Assembly (NCBI RefSeq): GCF_009914755.1
Contig: NC_060926.1
Length of the DNA stretch: 64,000 bases
Reading direction: 5' to 3' (one strand)
Origin: the human T2T-CHM13v2.0 reference genome, Homo sapiens
Below are positions 55,373 through 64,000 of this stretch, one piece after another. Both the position numbers and the translations under genes were made by a program. The notes under the pieces are model-generated. The model had not been told where the DNA came from. It worked only from the letters and a program-made list of their open reading frames with translations, and searched no databases. The first letter of the stretch is position 1; every line of letters starts with the position of its first letter.

Positions 55373-56615
55373 TGAGGTTTTATAGCATTCACTAAATATT
55401 AACCTTTAAGAATGTCTTTATATTTAAAAACACAAGATTTTTAGGGGTTATAACTGAATCTGTGTTTGTATATTATTGTACAGATAATTGTGTTTGATGA
55501 TGTAATTTGTTGCATGAACTTGGACTGCCTTAACATCTTAAGTGTTAGAGGAGACCCAAACTTACACAGGGCAGGATGTGGGGGAAGTTACAGACAGGGG
55601 TGGTTCTTGAGATGAGAACTAGCAAGGTCCCTCGAGTGAAGACTGGCATGTTGGCCTTTTGCCTGGGAGAGCAGGGACTTGGATCCTGAGGCTTTGCTGC
55701 AGGAAGCTTGAACACACAGGGAGGAGGCAGTTCCCAGTGGGCCGATATGCACCCCTTGTACACAGTGTTGACACTGACGCTTGCATTAGCAGACAGATCC
55801 TGGATGGTGTTACTATTAACAGCTTCCATTGACCAACCTGCACTTTACAGGTAGCCTGGGACTTGCCTGATTTGAGCCCTGGAATTTCAGCAACCTAGGA
55901 GCCCTTCTTTGTCCCCAGAAGTCCCGACCCAGATGGTTGGTCACCCCATGTACAGGGTTTTAAATGTTTAAACATTGCACCTTAATTTTCACGGGGCGGG
56001 GGCTAGTGTGCTATCCCATTCTTCAGGCGGAAATGGAAGCCTAGGGTCCCCACGTTACTGCCCTGCTTGGGCTCCACCTTGGGAAGGAGGTGGAGCAGTT
56101 AATGGTTCTTTTCAAAGGTGGACAGCAGCGAGCATGGAATGACAAGCAAGTGCTACGTTTTAGATTGGGGCAAGGCTGACTAAACTGCACTGTGGTTGTA
56201 CAGAACTTCAGTGGAGTGTTGTGGTTGACCACAAATTGAAATTAAATCAGCAACATAGTGATTTTCTTTTTCAAGGAAGACTAAAATAACTTCCTGCTAA
56301 CTTAGTTGGTTCTTGCTGTACTTCACCATTGTAAGCCAGTGAGGTCTTTATATTAAAGTATTTCATTGTCCTTTGGGATTAGCTTCCAGGAGGTGGGGAG
56401 AAGTTTAGGAAAGCGAGCACAATTACGAGGAGGCTGGAGGGGCACTGCTTTAGGGGTGGAGGGTAGGATTATAGGTGACAATGCCAATGATCTTTCCATA
56501 TGGAACTAAATTAATTTATGTAGGATTCATGATCCCTTCAAAAACATATTCATGACTAACCTGGTTCATGAAAAGAGGCAATTTTTTTAATGTTCTAGAA
56601 AAAATTCTAACTACT

Positions 56616-57065
56616 GTATTAGCTATCTATTGCTATGAATTAAACAACCTCAAAACTTAGTGGCTTACAATGACGATAAATATGTATTATCCCACACAGT
56701 TTCCATGGGTCAGGAATTTGGAAGTGGCTTGGTTTGGGTACATCTGTCCCAGGATGGCTCATGTGGTTGCAGTCAGGATGTTGCCCAGATCTGCAGTCAT
56801 CAGAAAGCTTGATAGGGGCTGGAGGGTCTGCTTCCAAGATGAGTCACCCACGTGGCCGCAGGCAGGAGGCCTCCATTTCTCACCATCAGGGCCTCTCCAC
56901 AGGGCTGTTTGAGTGTCCTCACATCATGGCTGCCAGCTTTCCATGGAATGAGTGATCCAAGAGAACAGGAACTATCCTAGCTTCAGAAGCCACACTCCAT
57001 CACTTCCAGTTTCCTAAGGGCTACAGATGTCAGTTCAGTGAGGAGAGGATGACACAGGTGCAAAT
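56616..57065 (-). mobile_element. MLT1 (MaLR) LTR
   Basis: TGTATTAGCTATCTATTGCTATG...CAAAACTTAGTGGCTTACAA. Confidence 0.75.
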
Positions 57066-57073
57066 ATCAAGTA

Positions 57074-57540
57074 GGCCTTACCCACCTGGCCTCACTCATC
57101 TGGCATTAAACTTCTGTTTTTAATATCCTGGCATTACCAACCTGGCTTACCCACCTGGCCTTAATTCCTTGGTTTTACTTACCTGGACTCATTAAACTCT
57201 TGGCCTGAACCTCTTGGGTTCACCCACCCAATGTTATCTACGTGGCTTTATTCACCAGGCCTTAACACACTGTGTAACCTCCTGGCCTTACTCATTTGTC
57301 CTTACCCAATTGGCTTATCCAGCTGGTCTTACACACCTAGCCTTAACCTTTTGACCTTACTCACCTGATGTTGACTACCTAGCTTTATTCAGCTGGCCTT
57401 AATCTCCTGACCTTAGTCTTAACTTCATGTTTTTCTCCACCTGGCCACATTCACCTGGTTTTACTCATCTGGAATTAACCTCCTGGACTTAACTTTTGGT
57501 ATGTTACCCCCTAACCACCACCATAACCCTCCTGGCCATA
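57074..57540. repeat. Degenerate ~14-bp minisatellite, consensus ~CCTGGCCTTACYCA
   Basis: About 30 recurring diverged copies of CCTGG(C)CTTAC(C/T)CA. Confidence 0.8.
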
Positions 57541-57906
57541 TCCCCCCTGCAAGCTGTATCACCACCTTTCCCCCGTCGTGGCCTCTCTGGGGGGTTCAGT
57601 GCATGAGTAACCAGCATGACCGGCATGTTGCTGCCTCTGTCGGAGACAATGCTCTGCATTGCTCCTGAGACTAAGCCAGGCCCAGGATTGGGTTCCCGCC
57701 TCATCCCTCCTCTAGTGTTCCTGTGAAACTCGGTCTTCCTGTGCTCCTGCCATGAGCCTGGGCTGCTGTTGCCCCATCAGGGTCCTGGTCCTGATTCTCC
57801 TAATTCTATTCCACCTCACGCCTCCTAGCACTGCAGGTGGCTCTGGGCCACTTGTTTCACCTCCTCCTCCTCCTCCTGCTACTGTGGATTTCCAGATTTC
57901 CCCCAT

Positions 57907-58299
57907 ATCTATCAGAGTTCTCCAGAGAAGCAGAGCCAGTGGGCGATATGTAATGCATGTCAAAGAGATTCATCTCTAGGAATTGGCCTACATGATTGTG
58001 AAAGCTGGCAAGTCTGAAATCTGTAAGGCAGGCTGGAAACAGGTAGGAATTGATGCTGAGGTCTTGAAGCAGAATTCCTCTATCAGGAAACGTCAGTTTT
58101 TGCTCTTAGAGCCTTCAGCTGGTTAGATGAGTCTCACTCACACCATCAAGAGTAATCTCCTTTACTTACTTAAAGTCAACTAACTATAGGTATTAACCTC
58201 ATCTACAAAAGAGCTCCATAGCCACTCTGAGACTAATGTTTAGTTGAATAATTAGGCAATAGAGCCTCATCAAATTGACACATAAAACTGACCACCATA
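57907..58299 (-). mobile_element. MLT2 (ERVL) LTR
   Basis: AGAGTTCTCCAGAGAAGCAGAGCCAG...GGAATTGGCCTACATGATTGTG...GCTGGCAAGTCTGAAATCTG...TTGACACATAAAACTGACCACCA. Confidence 0.8.
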
Positions 58300-58496
58300 C
58301 TCTTTGAGACTCAAAAAGCTCCTTGTTCCCCAGAAAAATGCACCAAACTTAATATTTTGCATCCACAGACGCCACAGGGACAAGAGCCCGTGATGTAGAG
58401 TTTCAGACAATACATTTCCACATGGGTCATTTTACTTGTGGTAGCCATTTGGGTTGCTTCTGATTTTTTTTTTTACTAGTAGAAAATGTTGGTATA

Positions 58497-59553
<1,057 letters not shown>

Positions 59554-60830
59554 AGAAAATGTTGGTATAAATATATGCATACACATTTTTGTGTGGGCAT
59601 GTGTGTTTGTTGCTTTGGGGCAGATACTTAGGTTTGGAATTGCCGGGTCATACAGCCAACATCAGTGGCTGTACAATTTCACATTCTTATCCAGCAACAT
59701 ATGAATGAGAGTTCCAGTTGCTCCACATTTTCACCAATGCTTGGTATCGTCAGTTTTTTAGATTTTCTTTCTTTCTGTTCCTCAATTGGTCCCTTTCTCT
59801 TACTCGTATCACTTCTGTGGCCCTGCAGTATTGATAGGATTCTGTGCAGATTGCTTTGCCTGTCCTTGAAGTTCCTGCCTGGCCCTCTCCCACACCCCCA
59901 CTCCAGGGTGAGTTCCTTGTCCCATGCTGCTTTCTCCGACCTGCTCAGAGTGCTCTACCATCTTTCCTGATAGGTCTAATCCTTCCTATCCCTTGGCCCC
60001 ATGTCCCCAAGGACACCAATCTTGGAGACTACAGCTGGAAGTATGCTCATCTTTCTCTGATCTCAGTGCTATCTCTCTGCCAGCACTTAATGATACTTAA
60101 AAATAATACATGCTCACTGAAAAACAACCTGAACTGTATCTAAGAATACAAATAGAAGTATGGACACATACTGTAATGTGAATTCAGTATTTTGGTGAAT
60201 CTTTTTCTAACACAAGTGCATGTACGTGTAATGTTTTTGTGACATGCAATAACCATTTCTATACTGTATGGTGACTTCAGTTTTCCAGTCGTTGAGGTCC
60301 TTCCTGTCCTAGTTTTTAATGGCTATATGATGTTATTTGCTACCTTTTGTTATTTGACATGTGTCTGTAGATCTCTAATTTCTCTTGGTTGATTATTAAT
60401 ATAAATCCGTCTTTTTCCTGGAAAGCTCTAAGGCACCAAGGCCAGGGGTTGTGAGTTGTGTAGTGTGGGTTGCCCAGTCTGCAAGAGGGAAGAGCTTGGG
60501 TCCGTCCTGTGGTTCCCCGCTAATTCTAGGAGTGTCCTGCACATGTGGTCACTTGATTTTCTTTTCTCCATGCACTATTGATTTAACCCAGAATCATTGT
60601 TTCCTATGTTGTCCTCATCTAACTTATGAAAGAGCATCCTCCTTTGTTATGTTTTTATTTTCCTTCTGCTTCAGTATTGTGTCTTTCACCTTTAGAATAG
60701 GATTCTAAGAAAAAGAGAGGAAAATTTAGCAATGATGTGTCATAGAAAACTTAGTGTTGTTTACATAATTCTTGACGTGGTAACTGCTGCTTGTGAACTG
60801 CACCCTCCCAAACACACATATACACACACA

Positions 60831-61190
60831 GCCTGGGCAACATAGTGAGACACCATCACTACACAAAATTTTTCAAAATATTAGCCAGGCATGGTGGCAT
60901 GCACCTGAATTTGATTGAGAATTACCTGTGAAGTCCATTTCTCCTAAGTTTCCTAATGGCTGTATGATGCTATTTGCTACCTTTTGTTATTGGACATCTT
61001 TTTCCTGAGCAGCTGAAATCACCTTTGCAAAAACTATCATAGCAAGGGAAATCTGACATTCCCAGCTACTCAGGAGGCTGAGGATTGCTTTAGCCACGAG
61101 TTTGAGCCTGCAGTGAGCTGTGATTGCACCACTGCACTCCAGCCTGGGTGACAGAGCAAGACCCTGTCATAAAAAAATGAAAAAAAACAA
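60831..61190 (+). mobile_element. 5'-truncated AluJ carrying a ~150-bp templated insertion
   Basis: Alu ...GGCATGCACCTG | 60908-61059 non-Alu sequence | TCCCAGCTACTCAGGAGGCTGAGG... Confidence 0.85.
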
Positions 61191-61768
61191 AACACATACA
61201 CGTCACATGGATTGTGGGTGAATTCAGTCTGGTCTTTCTGCAACAGTTAGGCAGAGGCACCCCTGTTGCAGGAGGAAGGGGCATAACTTTCAGTTGACCC
61301 CTTCAAATGGCTAACCACCTAGGGAACTTTCAGGAGTGGCCATCAACTTTTTCTCTCTTCCTATCCTTTTATTTTTAACCTAAAATCATTTAAAAATTCA
61401 GTGTAGTTTTTAGCTCAGTAATGACATTTATGTAGCTGTAAACCTTGTTCCTAGGCATGACATGATGACTCTTTGATGAAATGCTGTTCCAAGGAGGTAA
61501 AGGGCTGCAAACAGAGCTCTGCAGAGTTCACCTGGAGAGGTTTGTGGAAGTGGTCCGAGATGTGCTGTGAACTTGGATAAGCATATGCAGGTTCTCAGGA
61601 GGATATCCTACCAGTGGGGCCCAGCCGTACCTGGGCACAGTGGAGATATGGTTTATGCAGTTGATGAGTTCTGACGCTGCCAGAGGACAGCTATTGGATC
61701 ATGGTTGCCTCAGCTTGAATTCAATTGAGAATTGTCTGTGAAGCCCATTTTTCCTAAGTCTAAGCAGC

Positions 61769-62135
61769 TGAAATCACCTTTGCAAAAACTATAGTAGCAA
61801 GGGAAATCTGACATAACTGACTCCATCTTGCTCCTAGCATGCTAAATTGCTTTTGCTCATTCATGCACAGAGGCTATACTAGTACTTTCCTTGAATGGAT
61901 CCCTTCCTTGTTCAAAAATTGAAACCATGTTTGTAAAGACTAACAGAAGGTCACAAGGTTAGCATTATGGGAGGGGCTTGAAATTTGCTAAAATATAGGC
62001 ATAGTTAAACAACCTGCCATGGCTTCACTTGCTTTTCCATAATTTGCTTACTGCCCTGAGTCAAGTAAGCAGTCACAAGATTTATAACTTCCTCAATTAC
62101 TCCTGTAGACAGCATTGCTATTGTGAAACCTAAAG
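61769..62135 (+). mobile_element. LTR8-related ERV1 LTR, 5' part
   Basis: TGAAATCACCTTTGCAAAA...GGGAAATCTGACATAACTGACTCCATCTTGC. Confidence 0.7.
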
Positions 62136-62141
62136 AACTAG

Positions 62142-62254
62142 GGCCAGGCACAGTGGCTCATGCCTGTGATCCCAGCACTTTGGGAGGCTGAGGTGAGAGG
62201 ATCACTTGAGGCCAAGAGTTTGAGACCAGCCTGGGCAACATGGCAAAACCCCAT
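62142..62254 (+). mobile_element. AluJ left arm (right arm at 63682-63852)
   Basis: The Alu breaks at AAAACCCCAT| where THE1 begins. Confidence 0.85.
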
Positions 62255-62535
62255 TGATATGGCTGATATTTGTCCCCACTCAAATCTCATCTTGAATTGT
62301 AGCTCCCATGTGTCATGGGAGGGACCCAGTGACAGGTAATTGAATCATGAGGGTGGGTTTTTCCTGTGTTTTTCTCATGATAGTGAATAAGTCTCCTGAG
62401 ATCTAATGGTTTTATAAAGGAGAGCTCCCCTGTACATGCTCGCTTGCCTGCTGTCATGTAAGATATGCCTTTGCTTCTCCTTTGCTTTCCACTGTAATTG
62501 TGAGGCCTCCCCAGCCATGTGGAACTGTGAGTCAA
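62255..62535 (+). mobile_element. THE1 LTR, 3'-truncated
   Basis: TGATATGG...TGTCCCCACTCAAATCTCATCTTGAATTGTAGCTCCC...CCAGCCATGTGGAACTGTGAGTCAA. Confidence 0.88.
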
Positions 62536-63684
62536 TGCATTAGTCTGTTTTCACGCTGATAAAGACATACACGAGACTGGGTAATTTACAAAAGAAAGAA
62601 GTTTATGGGACTTACAGTTCCATGTGGCTGGGGAGGCCTCACAATCATGGTGGAAGGCAAAGAGGCGGAAGTCACATCTTACATGGATGGAAGCAGGCAA
62701 AGAGAGAGCTTGTGCAGAGAAACTCCCATTTTTAAAAGCATCAGATCTCATGAGACTTATTCACTATCACAAGAACAGCACAGGAAAGACCCACCCCCAT
62801 GATTCAATTACCTCCCACTAGGTTCCTCCCATGACATGTGGGAATTGTGGGAGTTACAATTCAAGATGAGATTTGGGTGGGGACACAGCCAAACCATATC
62901 ATTCTGCCCCTGGGCCCTCCCAAATCTCATGTCTTCACATTTCAAAACCAATAATGCCCTCCCAACAGTCCCCCAAAGTCTCAACTCATTTTGGCATTAA
63001 CTCAAAAGTTCACAGTCCAAAGACTCATCGGAGACAAGGCAAGTCCCTTCCGCCTATGAGCATGTAAAATCAAAAGCAAGTTAGTTACTTTCTAGATACA
63101 GTGGGGGTATAGGCATTGGGTAAATACAGCCATTCCAAATGGGAGAAATTGGTCAAAACAAAGGGCCTACAGGCCCCATGCAAGTCCAAAATCCAGTGGG
63201 GCAGTCAAATCTTAAAACTCCAAAATGATGTCCTTTGACTCCATGTCTCACATCCAGGTCACACTGATGCAAGAGGTGGGTTCCCATAGTCTTGGGCAGC
63301 TCCACCCCTGTGGCTTTGCAGGGTACAGCCCCTTCTGGCTGCTTTCATGGGCTGGCGTTGAGTGTCTGTGGCTTTTCCAGGTGCACGGTGCAAGCTGTTA
63401 ATGGATCTACCATTCTGGGGTCTGGAGGACAGTGGCCCCCTCTTCTAACAGCTCTACTAGGCAGTGTCCCAGTAGGGACTCTGTGTGGGGGCTCCCACTC
63501 CACATTTCCCTTCTGCACTGCCCTAGCAGAGGTTCTCCATGAGAGCCCTGCTCCTGCAGCAAACTTCTACCTGGGCATCCAGGTGTTTCCATATATCCTC
63601 TGAAATTTAGACGGAGGTTCCCAAACCTCAATTCTTGACTTCTGTGCACCTGCAGGCTCAACACCACATGGAAGCTGCCAAGGC
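62536..63684 (-). mobile_element. THE1 LTR (62536-62901) plus THE1-int fragment (62902-63684)
   Basis: TGCATTAGTCTGTTTTCACGCTGATAAAGACATAC...CCAAACCATATCA followed by the TTCTGCCCCTGG.CCCTCCCAAATCTCATGTC internal region. Confidence 0.9.
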
Positions 63685-63852
63685 ACAAGCCTGTAGTCCC
63701 AGCTACTCGGGAGACTGAGGCAGAAGGATCACTTGAGCCCAGGAGGTGGAGGCTGCAGTGAACCGTGATTGTGCCACTCTCTCTCTCTTACTGTGTTGCT
63801 CTCTGGGCAACAGAGTAAGACCTTGTCTCAAAAAAAAATAAAAATAAAAAAA
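63682..63852 (+). mobile_element. AluJ right arm
   Basis: GCCTGTAGTCCCAGCTACTCGGGAGACTGAGG... with (TAAAA)n tail. Confidence 0.85.
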
Positions 63853-64000
63853 TTGTAGAACATATAAAATGTATATATTTTTTCTAAATTTTAAAGGCAC
63901 AAAAACAATCCTTATATTGTTCTTGGGTTCATTTTCATGCCTAGAAAAATATTTAAAATGGACTAAGCATGTCCATCAAGGCCCTGATCATTGCAAGGGA

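Overview
Primate (very probably human) genomic DNA, repeat-rich, with almost no protein-coding sequence. A CpG island at ~20.8-22.0 kb holds a minus-strand non-coding first exon (~21474-21614) that I recognise as the distal 5' exon of WIPF1, so 1-21473 would be WIPF1 intron. A full-length, very young H3.3 (H3F3A) processed retrocopy with an intact ORF, poly(A) tail and 16-bp TSD lies at 58497-59553. Together these suggest 2q31.1 (H3F3AP4/H3P6); this placement is from memory and was not aligned. The rest is Alu/MIR/L1/L2, DNA transposons (MER2, MER20, MER6, MER5, MER58) and many LTRs (MER11, LTR8, MER41A, MER4A, MER52-like, MLT1/MLT2, MST, THE1, LTR12C); subfamily calls are by eye. The most unusual structures are: (i) a ~73-bp palindromic SATR-type satellite array split by an LTR12C pointing toward WIPF1; (ii) several locally templated rearrangement scars (a 103-bp-arm hairpin at 31.3 kb, an inverted copy with snap-back junction at 38.3/39.5 kb, a mosaic insertion inside an Alu at 60.9 kb, a snap-back at 63.8 kb); (iii) a degenerate 14-bp minisatellite that reads as an array of 5' splice-site motifs; (iv) the A114G substitution in the H3.3 retrocopy. 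Nearly all other ORFs in the track are spurious. I found no evidence of a wholly new gene system.
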